DNA of 63,919 nucleotides, filler included, from Phoronis australis (Eukaryota; Animalia; Phoronida), in assembly GCA_002633005.1 (NCBI GenBank). It is 3 parts of 3 records of this genome, joined end to end, with 100 filler letters (N's around TTAATTAATTAA, not from the genome) between each part and the next. Parts side by side here need not be neighbours in the genome. Positions count along the whole stretch, not along the records: positions 1 to 31,352 come from NMRA01001282.1; 2 more parts are not named here. One strand, written 5' to 3'. The notes beneath the pieces were generated by a model. That model had not been told where the DNA came from and did not search any database. It saw only the letters and a list, made by a program, of their open reading frames with translations. Positions 1 through 14,363 of the stretch are shown in pieces. Position 1 is the stretch's first letter, and every line of letters starts with the position of its first letter. Both the position numbers and the translations under genes were made by a program.

Positions 1-759
1 CACATTACGTCTCAAATATAGACAACATAATACGGTAAAAAATCATAAATTTTGGACAAAAATAATTCCTAAAATCACCATATTTCTAATTTTCAGGATT
101 TAGTTTGTTGCAAACACTCAAAATTTTATCAAATGTAGTTTGGTAATAGTTACACCAAACAAACCATGGTAAGTTATTCTTGTTGGGAAATTTCACAAAG
201 TGAATTTTCACCTGTCTACCATAATGCGTCCAAAACTAAAGAACTTTTACCATAATTGAGACCCATGATATTGGTTAGAAACATTTTTCTCACTGCCTAT
301 GAATGTACAATAAACACGTTTTAATTTTGTCTTGTTTTGTGACTGTATGACTTTGTTAAACATGGCATTACTTGTACATAAATTACCGAGGCGCTGTTTC
401 TCACCTTTGAAGTTCTGGTTCTATTTTACCCATAATGCAACATGAACAATCACATACAATCCTCATGTATTTTCTCATTTAGGCCTAGACCATACGTGTT
501 CCTTTAACAATCAGAAGAGAATGACTTCCGTATCTATGTCTCACCAAAGTAAAAGACTATCAAAATGCCTTCTGACAAGAAATCAGTTTTAACAAGTTCA
601 AGAAACTCTAATGACTAGGCAGAAGTTTTCTCTTTCAACTTTGCATGCCACTTAGTACTTCGTTTTTTAAATTCTTAATAAAATTATACTCATCCCCCAA
701 GTATCGATTTACACAAACTACTCCAAAGCCATATTCAAACAAAACTTTCTTCACATTTA

Positions 760-1034
760 CAGTAAAAATTGTATAGTTTCGGACAGTCTCTAAACTTTGG
801 GACACTGAAATTCAAAGCAAAATTGAATTTTCTTGTTTCTGAAAATTGGGACATGGATGATTTTGGGATTCAGGATATTTCTCAAGATATTGGACACTGT
901 ATCAACAGAGTCTGAAAATAGACTATTGGAAGTTGATAAAATTGACGATCAGTATTGCCTATTTCTAAAATCTGGTGCAAACTCTGACCTTGAGCAAAAT
1001 AATTTTCACTGTCCCAAACTGGAGAACTTTTATT
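760..1034. mobile_element. Degenerate Tc1/mariner-type MITE
   Basis: Imperfect inverted ends TA|CAGTAAAAATTGTATAGTTTCGGACAGT and ACTGTCCCAAACTGGAGAACTTTTATTG|TA. Confidence 0.55.
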
Positions 1035-1099
1035 GTAAAGACCAACGTCTGTGGAATTGCGACATTTCATACTGTGCATTATAACGTATTTAAATATAT

Positions 1100-1900
1100 C
1101 TACGATTTTTTTATTACAAAAACAGGTAAAGATACCAATATGCCTAGGATTTGGTGACTGCGGAATTCTACACCAGAACCCAAAATGTTTACATGCTCAC
1201 CTCTAGCAGAAACAAGAAACATTTTGATCATTAGTTATAACAGATATTTGCAGAACCTGTTACCAACTGATATCTTTGGCTTCATGAATGTCCCATACGT
1301 CTGAGCCAGCCAATAAATTTAATTGACAAACTTCAGTAAAAAAACTTCCACAGTATGCAGTGACACTGGAATATTGACTAATATTATGCCTACTTTTCAG
1401 GACAAATAGTGCCCTTAACACTTTTTCCAAAAGTGTTTCTTGGGCTTTTTTGAGGACATTCATGGTAGAGAATGTTAGGCCAAAATAACGGTATTCAAGT
1501 ATCTTCCACTGCAGTATCTCGAATAGCCACCCATTCCAAAATCTACAATTTTTTCTGACATACCTACATGTAACTTCCATCTACTACAACAGTTTACAAT
1601 GTAAAAATCTCCCTCAGCATAGGAAGAGCTGTTTCGGGAAAATAAACTCAGATGATCAGCAAACAATAAAGATACAATTTAACAAGCCCCACTTGACACA
1701 TGGCCCACTAACATTTTTAAACTGCTCTCTCAGTTCTTCACAAACATTGGAAATAAAAAGTGACAACTGCAACCTTATCCCACTCCAGTCGCAGACTGCA
1801 CTAAAAAAAACATTAATACCTCGCCAACCAAGCCACACGATTTGACATTTACATACATACTTTTTAACAAAGTGTATATTTCCCCTTAATACCAAAACTA
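1100..1900 (-). mobile_element. Decayed non-LTR retrotransposon (RTE-X-like) RT and C-terminal fragment
   Basis: Frameshifted pieces read (L)FADHLSLFS (FADD-like), CSRWKLHV, YRYFGLTFST, KVLRALFVLK and LLAGSDVW, in the same order as the copy near 59.3 kb. Boundaries approximate. Confidence 0.7.
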
Positions 1901-1919
1901 ATCAGCTTATATAGTAATC

Positions 1920-2880
1920 CTTCTCATACATGGCCAATTTGCAATTTGATTTGTCCTGAAATCTATGTCAGTCGTACTTTACTCAATAAAGAAAACTACC
2001 ACTAGGGGGTGCCACAGCAGCAAGACCAGTCCAAAAATCATTGTATGCCATGCTCTCCAGTAGAGCATACATACCGCAAATTAAATACCAATTTTCACAA
2101 TGATCTTTGGAATGATTTGGCAGGCAGAGAGGTGGATGCCAAAAATAGAATTGACAATAATGAAGAAGACAACTAGGTGCTGTACACTAAGCCAAATTCA
2201 CCTGAGAAAGTAAAGATGTCCTCGTCACTTTAATAGACACCCATACGGTAAATTTCATGACAACCTGTCAAGAACTCCAAAGACACAAAGGAAAACATAC
2301 AAAAATAAAATTGCCAGTAATCAGATCCATCCAAAAGTCATGGTCATTTGTTGACAAGTTCATAAAAATACACTTGCCAAATATTTAACAAAGATCCTGC
2401 AAAAGGTTTAGGAGATAAAACCGTGGACGAGTAAAATGGCAACAGGAAGTGACAAACCAATTCAGAGCAGTCCTAAAATTAATGTCAAGCCTGCTCCTCT
2501 CAGTAGTCCAAAATCTGCCAATTTTCATAATGACCCATTGAGCAGTTTGGCGGATAGAGGTGAATGCCAAAACGATGACTTAAAAACTACAGTAAAAATG
2601 ACCAATAGGAGGTAAAAAACAGGCCAAAGTCCACTGAAAGCTGAAGGATGTTATGATATCTCCAACAGACACCTATTTTCAAATTTCATGAACATGCATC
2701 TAGGAAATCCGAAGATAAGGTTAAAATAAAAAAATAAAATTGCCACTAAGGGAAACAGCAACAGAGGGATCAGCCTGAAAATTAGGTAATGCCGTCCCAT
2801 CTACAATGAAACATGTCCGCAAGAACTTCACAAACAACCACCAAGGGGTTTTGGAAATATAGCAGGAGACACCGAGTGCC
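1920..2880 (+). mobile_element. Old HINE-like tandem array (about 145-160 bp units)
   Basis: Six to seven diverged units with recurring AAATTGCCACTAGG and AAATTTCATGA motifs; same family as 14364-15035. Confidence 0.6.
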
Positions 2881-3461
2881 AGAAACTGTGATTTTGGACT
2901 CAGGATTGTAAACAATAACTAGAAGATCTCTTGACCACAATTTCTTTGTACTTAGCAGTTGTACTTGCTGGGTATGGGCGCCTGTTAACTTGCAAGCGCG
3001 AAACTGCAATTGATTGGAACAAAGCAGTGTAAATACAAACATAGAGCCTTGGCTCGATGTTGGTAAACAGTGAGCCAAATAAAATCGGACTCAAAATTAA
3101 TTTTAGACATCAAAACTACATTCTTCCTTGAGAAAACTACCTTGGTTACAGGAGTGAAAACAATCCCATTATTTACCTGCTAGATTGGTGAAGCAAACAC
3201 GTGTGTCACCTTTAAGTATAATGAAATAGAGTACAATATGTTGGAAAACTTCAATTCTTTGCTAATTCTTTAATCAAACATTTTTTTCCTACAAGTTGGA
3301 GCACAGTTCAATTCAATTCACCCAAACTGCTGGCACTCAAACAAGTTTCCAGCATTTTCTCATCAGCAAAACAAATTTCAGGGCAAATTTTGCTTCAATA
3401 AAGTTGTTGTCATCTTCCGAAAGCTGTGGTTTACAAAACAGGAAGCAAACGCCACGAGCAT

Positions 3462-5646
3462 CAGGGCTCGACGCTATTAAAATCGCCAGGTCGCATTTTG
3501 CGACCTACCCAAAATCCCAGGTCGCATTTTCAAAATCCAGCTCGCATTCGTAAATGCCAGGTCGCAAAATTTTCCCGCCATTTTTACGCGCCAAACTAGA
3601 TTTTTTAGATCATCGAGAAAATGTTTAGATTATGTTCTTACCTGCAGCGTTAAATACCCACAAGTTTCGGATCTCAAAATTGACTTCATTCATGCAGGTA
3701 GGGCCTTACTGTTCTTCACGACCACCATTGAAAGACTCTTATCTAGAGCGCAAGGCAAGTTGCCGACGTGAAAGTTGAATCAGTGCTCTCTAACTGACTT
3801 GNCTGCAGCGTTAAATACTCACAAATTTCGGATCTCAAAATTGACTTCATTCATGCAGGTACGGCCTTACTGTTCTTCACAACCGCCATTGAAAGACTCT
3901 AGAGCGCAAGGCAAGTTGCCGACGTGAAAGTTGAATGAGTGCTCTCTAACTGACTTGTGCATTCGAGTAGCTAAATTTGCGATGTGAAAAGGGAGAAAAT
4001 GCCCGTTGAAAAAGTATTCGGGATTTTGTTAGATCTGGCTTAGTACTGGCTGTCATCAAAGTCGTTAACGATTCAAACTAACTCGGGTAATGGCGAGTTA
4101 CCTCAGTCCTCAATACCTTCCAAGTACGGGGAAAATAGGTCAGTCACAAAACGACACGCATGTCACTAATGTTAACTTTCTTTCCGAGGTATAAAACAAA
4201 GCCGGGATTTGGTTTTTACATATTGTGAAAAGACGTTTTTGAAAACTGAAGTTGTGTAAAATGAAAGTGACACACCATATAAGCTGCGTGTCAATTTTAA
4301 ACCACACACGATCGTTTGTAGTGCGCTATGATGGGCGCTAGCTTTAACTGTGGGCGTTTAATTGGAAATTCTCAAATTTAAGGGGGGGGACTTTTAATAG
4401 ATCAGTGAGCGCTTATTATGAAACACTTTAAAGGTAGGGAGTGGGCTTGTGCGTGAGCATAGTCGTTAACCTCAGTGTTTGCGGTAATAAGATACTAATT
4501 TAAAACGCTGCAATGGTAAGAAACGTTATAATAATACGATTTCGCGAGGCAAACTCCATCTAGTATAGGGTGACTTTCTGGATATTGTTACCACCTACAT
4601 TGTACCCTTTCTAGCCACCCGGTATGATTTTGTTTTGAATTGCCAAGGTTGTTTTTATAGGAGTCTGAACATTTCACGGCGACGGTGGTTTGGGGAGCGA
4701 AAACTGAGTTGCCGGGAGGGGGTGGGGAGGGGGGGGGGNATATCGGTCCCGGGACATCGGGTCTTTTATAACCGCTGGGAATCGGAGTTCATTTTCAAAT
4801 AAAACAGAGCCGGTATACTCTTTCATTTAGGACTGTCGCTGTTTTTTTGAAGTGGTGCGCACGCGTGAGTTCACACACTGAAATCGCTGGAGTAGGCCTA
4901 CACTTTGCGTTGGCAACAATGTGTGAAAGACAAATCATCACGTAGCCCCAGAAACAAGTAAAGGGTTTGAGAATTTCTTGGCAACTGAAAGTAAAGACGT
5001 GACCGTCGTTTGGCAATTATTAAGGTTGTTATTTTCACTTTGGCTGTCTTAATACGATAAAAAGGAGAAGTACATCTCAGTCTAAGTCACGATTGTCTGT
5101 CGGGACCGCTTGCGCGCGGCGGTGCCGCAGTGCGATATCAGGGATCTTGTCGTGGATATTTGGTACATGTAATAAGGACATCTTTTGTGAAAAATAAACA
5201 TTTTTGTCCACCAAAGTTTGGTAAGTTGATCGCTTAAGAATTAGTAGAAACACTTGTTTTGTGAAGTTTTTAAGCAGTGGCCCGAAACTTTCTTCGGCGA
5301 ATCCGGGAATTTACAAAAGTGGCCGAAGGTGCTAGCCAATGAAACGCGTCAAAGATCAATTCGGCATATCCCATGTTCACGCGACTTGCTTACAAGTCAT
5401 CGGGAGGGCTGTTCTCGGTTAGTGTTCTTTTGAACTTGAATTTGGCAACAACCAAATAACGGTCGGATTAACAAGAGGTGCTTCGTATTTGCCAGGTATC
5501 TGTTGAGAAGTGTAAATACTCAGCTCGCATTCGTTGGAAATTTCAGGTCGCATTTTGCGACTTGATACGAGCTGACAGAAATCTCAGCTCGCATTTCCAA
5601 ATTTCAGGTCGCAAATGCGACCTGCAGCTCGTTATGTCGAGCCCTG
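3462..5646 (+). mobile_element. Non-autonomous hAT-like DNA transposon
   Basis: TIR CAGGGCTCGAC ... GTCGAGCCCTG with repeated subterminal CAGGTCGCA/CAGCTCGCA motifs at both ends; no TSD detected; a partial inverted copy lies at about 20670-24020. Confidence 0.7.
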
Positions 5647-6059
5647 TTATTTATGTGAATTAGCCACGAAACTGAAAATCTACTTACTTCGGGGTCTGGG
5701 CAAAGGTTGTACAGTAACAATGATTTCAATAATGTATTTGCATTTCTAAATAAAGATTCCCCTAACATGTGACAATAGCATATAAAATCAAGTAATTGTT
5801 TCACAACAGCTTTCTGTCAGCAAACAATGAATTAGCATGCAGTCACACGGCCTCGGTGCCCGGTCAATTACCTTTATTGCCGGCATCAAAAGCCGGTGAC
5901 GCAATGGTTTATTCATTGCTGGCTTCTCAAAATCTATGAAAGGAACATATGTGCAAAATTTCATGAACATACATCAATTGGTTTAGGAGATACAGCCATG
6001 AGCGCGAAAAAATGTCAATAGGGAGGCACCACAGTAGTTGAAGTCATCGCCAAGTCGTA

Positions 6060-9000
6060 CGGTAAAGTCGCGTGATTTTCGGACGGCCCGCCATTTTCGA
6101 CCAAGATTAAATATTTCCGAAATGAGTTTTTCATAGTCCACGAAATTCGTACAAGGTCCAAAAACTGTTTTTTAATGATCTTCGAATTTCGGACAATGTC
6201 ATAAACGTCGGATTTTTGCCCCGCGACTTTCGGACAAGGAAAATTTTAGAAACGCTAATTTGGGATCGACCCAACTCCCGTGTCACTGAAGCGTTCAACG
6301 GATGATTACTACTCTATAAGGCTTGAATCTGAGAATTGGTGTAACGGGCTTTGTAATTTTTACCTTGTCTTGACGACGTCATGACCGTTGCTCGATTGTC
6401 TTGCGTTTAGCTTGTGTTTGGTGCTTTAGCTATGGAAAGAGTCACCCAGTCCCGCATGACGAAAATTTTCGATGAAAATACAAATGGGAAATACACCGAA
6501 GGCTGCAGTTTTTCGTTGTAGCGTAACGTGCTCTGGTTTAATTAGACCGTGTTGTTCGACTTCGGACTGTGACATTGAACTTGCACGCCTGACATCAACT
6601 CATTGCGTGTTTACGAAACGTTTTTATTTTTAAAACGTCCTGGCCTTTGCAAATGCCCTTGTTAGTGGCTAAAATCTCCGGCGACGTGTCCCGATTTTAT
6701 ACTTGACGTGATGATAAATATTTTTTGTTTAGGCCCCCATTCACAATAGGCCACAGCTAAGTCTGTCCGTAGGATATCGCGCGTTCAAAGTAGTGTAGAT
6801 AGTGAACAGCAACAGCCGAATGAGACGGAGCCAAAGTAAAGCTGGTTAAAAATCAAGTGCAAGGCCCAGCACTCAGAAAGGGGCGCGGCGCACACGCAAT
6901 TGTTACAGAGACATTGCATCCCTGTCCTATGTTGTGTAAACGCCGGTGTGCTATAACNGCCGAATGAGACGGAGCCAAAGTAAAGCTGGTTAAAAATCAA
7001 ACATAGTGCAAGGCCCAGCACTCAGAAAGGGGCGTGGCGCACACGCAATTGTTACAGAGACATTGCATCCCTGTCCTATGTTGTGTAAGTGCCGGTGTGC
7101 TATAACACATATCAAAAACTAATGTACATCCACGTAACCACGTTTCATTACCCGTACAAATTGTCTGTTGCTCTCTGATAAGCATCGCAGATGCAAGAAT
7201 CTCGCTAAAGAAGATAGTTTGATCGTGTGCTTCGTTTTCAATGCCTCACCAAACGTCTCGACGTCTTCAGTCTAGCGTGTTCGTGAGATTCTCACCCTTG
7301 CGTCCCTGGTCGCAGACTAGGGTAGAGTTCAGTAGCTGTTTTGGGAAATACAAAAATCTAGCCAAAATCACGCTTTCAATTAAAAAACACAATACATCAG
7401 GTAATTTCATGAATTCTTGCTTTTTAGCGAAGTTCTAGCGTTACGAGCTTTACCCCAGATGTAAACCTAAAAAAGATTTAACTTGCGGCGACCCAATTTT
7501 GCTTGCTCATCCACTGGTCTGTGTACTTGTGGTCTTGTTTATTCACACCCTGTACCGTCTGAGGTACAACACCCTGAACTCCATGGTGTCCCGAGATTAA
7601 GATGAATCCCGTCAAGGACACTGGGACCCTGTGGCACTCTCTGTCTGCGGCGGCTAAGAAAATCCTCCACCAATCATTTCGAAAAATGACAAGTCAGTTG
7701 AATCAGATTTGGTAGTCGTTGCTTCTTATGGTCCTAGGGGTAGGCTAACAAGAATACAGGACCTGGAGTCCGATGCAACGGGCTTGGAACCTGATAAGTG
7801 TTTCCGACCCGGAGTTCGATATCTACTTTCCACAGGACCTTGCCTTCTTGTCCATGTTACCGCCTTCAGTTGATAGTTTTGAGACAAAAAAGAAACGTGA
7901 TCTTAAACTACAGACCATGTTTTTTGTATTACTTAATATAGTTTTAGAGGCATTTCAGCTGTAAGTGTGTTTAATTGTGTTGACTGTTACATTGCTAATT
8001 ATTATTGTTCTATTTTTACCCGAGGTGATGCCTTACTTGCAGCAAGGGTAAATAATTTTGGGAAGTATTACCAGCGATTTCCGTATATAAGTTGGGGAAA
8101 CCAAACGTCTTATGTAAAAATACACCAGGGCCTATACTCAGCAATGCCGAATACACGAACACAGTATAAATACTGTAGCTCACCCTAATTATATCCTAGT
8201 GGGAATAGCATTATTTTTAGATTTCAAGCATGCATTTTTATTCTCAGATATGCATCCCAGGTATATTTTAGGGAAAAATTTAAGATACGCAAATTGGCCA
8301 TATATTCTCCTGGACTTATATACGGAAATCTACGGTGGATCTTCTTAAACCTGTCAACCATGAAAATTTCATTGAGACAGTTTTGTTCTACTAACATGTT
8401 CAACTAACATTCCGTTCATGCAAGTCGGTCAGTACGTTCGCATTTAAGGCGTTATTGCAACAGGTAAGTGTTGTTTTGATTTTTGTTTGGTGTTTCCATA
8501 TTTTATTTTGTTATGTATTCCTGTCTTCAGATAGTCACTGTTATTCTTCAACAACATTTCTGTACTTATAATGAGACTTCAGTAAACTCGCGACTGTTCA
8601 TACTTTAAATGTTAGCAGAAGTGTGTAATGTCCATCAGCAGAGACCTGTGGGAAGAACTATTTTCCGTAACTGTAGCAAATATATGACGAAATGAAATGA
8701 AAACGGTCGACATAGATGAATTGTAATTGGTTAAATATACATTAAGAAAGAAAATTAAGTATATAAATAGTAGAATGGTACTTGAATTGCCTGGTTTACG
8801 TCCTTCATGAGTTCACCTGTCCCAAATTGAGTGCTTTCGTTTTTCTTTTCAGGTCGTCACTAGTCGATTCTTCTAACAGTCGTGATCTGCCCAGTATCCT
8901 ATTGTATCAACGTGCGCAACAACGGTCTTGGCAGGGGGTTGCACCTAGTAGACTCCCTTAGAATTAGTGGCGCAAAATCGACATTGGTGTGCAACAGGAG

Positions 9001-10534
9001 GCCGAGGGAGGGGGGGGGGGGTGGCGGCGTAAATTAGTAGTGACTGACGGAGACTGAGCTGCGCGAAATTGGTGACGACCGTGGACGGCGCTAAACTGGT
9101 GACGACCAGAAGAAACGGCCCTGTTATCTTCCACGCAGATTACCAGAAAATGTTAACGATTATCAGTTTCATTTCATCCACAAAAAGATTTCACAAGTCA
9201 GAGTTTTCACTGTGGTTAAAAACGTAAGCGAACCCAGATGTGTTAGGTCACCTCAGTTGCATGAAGACGCGCCAGTGTATCACTGAGTTAACATCGGGCG
9301 TTTCAAAGGCTGTGGATGAGAAAGGTTTTAATTGTAAAAAAAAACGGTTGGGTGAATTTGATGTTGGTAGCATTTGAAATTGCATTTGCTTTCTAGACAA
9401 CGCCCTTATATATACAATATGTTAGTTAATCGTGTCTTCAGCCGCGCAGCACTGTACTAGTCGACGCATTCCCATCGTTTGCCGCAGTAGGCCTAAACAT
9501 GTAGAACGACAGCGCTTCTTCAACAATTCAGACGACTACCAGGACGACAAATGGGGATCACAAGTCGATGAGAAACTACTCGTTTTATTATCATGATTGT
9601 CTTTGTTATCTATTTTGGGTAATTGTTCAATCGAAGTTTTCATGTTGAAACTGAGCTTTCAGTTAATATGGAAATAAATGTGTCAGAGTTAACTTGCGTT
9701 TCGGTTTGTAACCAGCAGACAATGCATGGATACGTTTAACAAACATAAATATATGCTATGTTCTTGTCATTGTTCGTCACTTTCTTCATTGAACTCGTTC
9801 CCACATCCATTACTGTTACGTTTAATGCAAAATTCGTTAAAATTGAGAAAGCGCATGTTTTGATGGTCGGGAACCCTCTTTGTGCGCCGAATACGCAATT
9901 CCAGCATTTTATTGGGAAACCATGCGTTCACAGCGCAAACTCGACATTTTTGTTATTGAGAAAACGCATTTTTACAAAAGAGAATCGGTTGTCTAACGTT
10001 TCATGTGCGTCAACAACGCAAACCAGACCCACTCATTGAAAAGCCCATATTTGTCACCAGGAAGACTCTTCGCAACGCAGCCCGATATTTCAAGTGGGAT
10101 AGCGCAGTTTTGAAAAGATTCCGTCACTTGCGGAGAACGGTTTTTGAGCATCGGCAATGCAAGCCGAATATTTCATATTGAGAAAGCACATCTTTGAAAA
10201 GAAGAACCAACACTTGTTGGGAACGGTCTTTGTGCGTCGACGGCGCACATTTCTTATTGGGAAAGCCAGATTTTCAAAAATTAATCGCTCAGACCATTTG
10301 AGTCTCATTTACCTGCAATTATACTGCTATCAAATGACCGAGCCAGCATTGTTGATACTACGACCGCTCATCGAAATAATGTACACCCACGAAATTCGGA
10401 CACTAGCGGAAACCCAAATTTGAAGGTCCGCCAAATTCGGACACCACAAAATGATATTTCGCGAGATTCGTCCAAGAATGAATTTTTTCTATTGGAATTA
10501 ATTTTCAGTGTCCGAAAATCACGCGACTTTACCG
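6060..10534. mobile_element. 4.5-kb non-autonomous Tc1/mariner-type element
   Basis: Perfect 25-bp TIR CGGTAAAGTCGCGTGATTTTCGGAC / GTCCGAAAATCACGCGACTTTACCG, flanked by TA on both sides; subterminal TTCGGACA repeats; no transposase ORF. Confidence 0.75.
8071..8335. mobile_element. Nested Tc1/mariner-type MITE
   Basis: Inverted GATTTCCGTATATAAGT / ACTTATATACGGAAATC near both ends. Confidence 0.55.
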
Positions 10535-13500
10535 TATTTTTAAACTAAGTCTGCAATTGCATTTTTGGAAGCAGTGCATTTTAAAAGATGCACCTGGGGG
10601 TGGGGGTGCGCTGCTGCAACATACTTGCGCCTTTTAATTTTTTTATGCGCTAATGGCGCAAAAGTGCAGTCTAGGAATATCCCTGGTTTATGCGAAAAAC
10701 ACAAAACTTCCACCAGGGGGATGGCAGTCACCAAAACTGTCCAAAAACCGTTGTCAGTCATGCGCTTCCCAATAAGAACACACATACCAATTTTCATAAC
10801 GATTCTTAGTAAGATTTGGCCAAAAGAAAGATGGACGTTAAAACCAGACTCGAAAATAATGAAAACAGCCACTAAGAACTAGAGACACTATTGCGATGGG
10901 ATTTATACACTGGCCATCTTTGGGGCCACCATAATTTTATTTTTGTAGCACACAATTTGCAATATTCTGTGTTCCCCGGCGTGGCGTGAGCCGGTCCGAT
11001 GAGATTAAATGATCCTGGGATTTAAAACTGAACCCAGTTGAACTCTCTCAAACATGCAATATGAACTCGAGGTTTAAATTCAATAATTTTCATGCTGCAT
11101 GAATCTCTCCTACTTCACTGCTACTAACATTGGGAATTTTCAGCGCATCATTTGCGTGTCAAATATCATTAAGACATGACACTGACAGGTTTTCTTTTTA
11201 AGGAGTAAAAGAAAAGCATGATACCAGGAAGAACATGTTTAATGTGATCTATTTTGAAATCAAAATACGTCACATGTCATACTCAGTCAGCTCGCTAAAT
11301 GTCACAGGGGTAGAAAGTTATTGAGAGACTGGGACTAGTTTGCCTTACCGACAGCTGAGTGAATGTTAGACATCTCAAGAAAACTTAGAATGGAAACGCT
11401 TTTTGACGACTCTTATTGGTTGTCGTTGGTGCATTTCTCACCTAAACTGATATTATTGGTTATTTTTGGTGCATTTCTCAATGTCACTGGCCAATAGAGA
11501 TTATGCACATCTCATTGCCTTATAAGGAGCTGTGTTAGCAGCATGAGCATTACACCTGTGGTGCATACCGCTGTGAAAAACTGCAGACTCTGCTTTGGTA
11601 GCAGCTGTGCATGACGTTTGCAGGGGGGAGGAGAGTTTGGGTGAGTGTTTCCGAGATTTCGGAGAGCTAGTGTCATCACTGGGTAGAGTTCAATATATGT
11701 CTCGCGGCAAGAAAAGCTAGCCAAAATCACGTGTTCTCATTGAAAACACATGGCAATATCTCATGTAATCTCGCAGTCTTGTTTCCCAGCGTTGTCCTTA
11801 CGTTATTGAACTCTTACCCTGGCTTGCACTACCGACTGTCATACGCGTTCTACATACTAAGAAATGTCGTCTGGTGCAGGAAGGTGTAGGCCTAAAGACT
11901 GCTAAGGATTATTTTACAAACCGAAGGATGTTCCAGATACAGATGTTGACTCAGATGCAGATATAACAAATAATCCAGATTGGAATCGTGGTGATAATGT
12001 TGGGCACAATCAACGAAACTCAAATACCTGTGCAACGAATGGCAGAACTTTCAAAGTACAGAATTTTTGCCCACAACATCTGACATTGACATTCTTGCAC
12101 TTGGCTCCAAACTTGAGAATAAATGGTTCTCAACTGGAAGAATGAGTTTGTGACAATTCTGAAAATTACTAGAATGTCATAATTGCAAATGTTTGTTTGA
12201 AATGAAATATTGGTATTCATCAACAGGCCTAACAGTCCCCATTCAAGTAAATAGAAAAATGTAATTGTATTCATGATTAATGGCTCGCATAATGTGCAAT
12301 TTTTTTACTGTTGTACCAGCTTCAGAACATTGATTTCAGACAAACATTTTGGGACTATTGACTATAAGAATGGAAGACATAAAACTGAGAGAAAATGTTG
12401 GCTCAACTATCGATAAAAATGCGACTGGCTTCACCAAGACACTTCACTCGGACTGTCTACTTTGTGGGGAAAACAGGACAATGCGCTTGAAAAGTTTACC
12501 TCAAGACTTTAGACTTTTTGTACTTAGTCAATGTTGACATAACTAGCAATTTGAGTGAAATGCTTCTGCATGTTTCAAACATGTCTGTATTGTCACAGAC
12601 TTTCATTTTAATGTCATTGAATAAACAAATGATTTGTATGCGATATGTTTGTAAATAAGTCCATTGTCACCTGTTTAAAAATAAAAAGTTAAACACAGTT
12701 ATCTGTTTGCACTACTGTGCATTACTGTTGAAGTACAAGGCTAAAAAAGGCAAGAGCACACTACAAAGAAAGTTGACCAGCACGTGCTTCTGGCATGTTT
12801 TTTGCCGTTTCCGCGAATACCCCATGTTTAGGTTTTCAGATATCGAGAACACCAGCGTAGATGATGCTCAAATAGCGTTGTCATTTAGTTCCTGTTATAT
12901 ATTAGCATACAGTAGTTAGCAACATGCAGATACATTTTTAAGGTGTTAACATTGGCTTGCATTCACATCAACATTTTGTGTGTAACTGTTACATGTGAAA
13001 GAGGCATGGAAGGCGAAAGCTTGTCAAAAATATCTTTAAAACAATTCCCGACAAAAGTACCATCTTATAACGTCTAGTACACAGTAATTCATTTTCCCCT
13101 GTGAGGAAATTTCCAGTAAAAAATCACAAAATTCACTATTTTTGAAATATGAGCAAAGGAACAACTCTGTGGTTACCACAGAGTTTTTAATCTCCATCCC
13201 ATTAGGATAAATGCGCGCATGCACTCACAGTCAGTTGCTTGAAGTCGTTTGAGGTCAAAGGTCACATTTTCCATATAAGGGAAATGTGCTACGTCTATGT
13301 CTTCCCATATCAAATAAGGAGAAGTACTTTACATTGTGGTAGAAAAATCGACGAAGTGGCGAGTAGTTGACAAATCGTTTTTTTTTTTTAAATTTGAAAC
13401 TAAAGGAAATGCATTGATACCAACAGAAATTAAAAATCTTTACCAACAAACCCTAAAAAATACCTGGTGAGCTGGTTGAATTCTGCTTCAGTGACAGACA

Positions 13501-13984
13501 ACCACTTTCAATATTGCAATTTAGTCTGTTTATCGCGTTCCAGGCCTCTTTAAAGTATTTTAAAGGTGAAGGCAACCTTTTTTCATGTCATTTTGAGCTA
13601 AAATAAGGTTGGTTGGTTATCCTAGACATATTTTCCACTTAATTACAGCTTTTCGTAATTTGTTAATTACTCGTCCGCTACTCCGGAAGTGACGTTTTAG
13701 GAGGCAAGCATTTCGCGCCAATTTCTTTTCATATAGTCTGATTGTGAGACCTGCCGAGTCGGTCATTGTTCTACCTCGGTTGTGTTAAGTTACGTTGTAG
13801 TTTGCTTTCATTTACTAATCAGTCAACATGCCACACTGTTGCTGCGTACCGGGATGTACTAATTATCGTCTCACGCGCGCTTTGGGAGTACCTTAGCATC
13901 GCTTTCCGATGGATGACACACTTCGCCGTACTTAGCTCGTTCGTGTGAAGAACGCAGCGTTACCCGTCCACGCAACGTACAAAG

Positions 13985-14363
13985 NNNNNNNNNNNNNNNN
14001 NNNNNNNNNNNNNNNNNNNNNNNNNNNNNNNNNNNNNNNNNNNNNNNNNNNNNNNNNNNNNNNNNNNNNNNNNNNNNNNNNNNNNNNNNNNNNNNNNNNN
14101 NNNNNNNNNNNNNNNNNNNNNNNNNNNNNNNNNNNNNNNNNNNNNNNNNNNNNNNNNNNNNNNNNNNNNNNNNNNNNNNNNNNNNNNNNNNNNNNNNNNN
14201 NNNNNNNNNNNNNNNNNNNNNNNNNNNNNNNNNNNNNNNNNNNNNNNNNNNNNNNNNNNNNNNNNNNNNNNNNNNNNNNNNNNNNNNNNNNNNNNNNNNN
14301 NNNNNNNNNNNNNNNNNNNNNNNNNNNNNNNNNNNNNNNNNNNNNNNNNNNNNNNNNNNNNNN
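13985..14363. other. Assembly gap (N run)
   Basis: Run of N; ORFs spanning it are artefacts. Confidence 0.99.

Noticed and set aside
3642-3957. About 160-bp tandem duplication
   Set aside because: Copies are separated by a single N (3802) and differ slightly, typical of unmerged overlapping contig ends or haplotypes.
6815-7106. About 145-bp tandem duplication
   Set aside because: Single N at 6958 between the copies; assembly overlap artefact.
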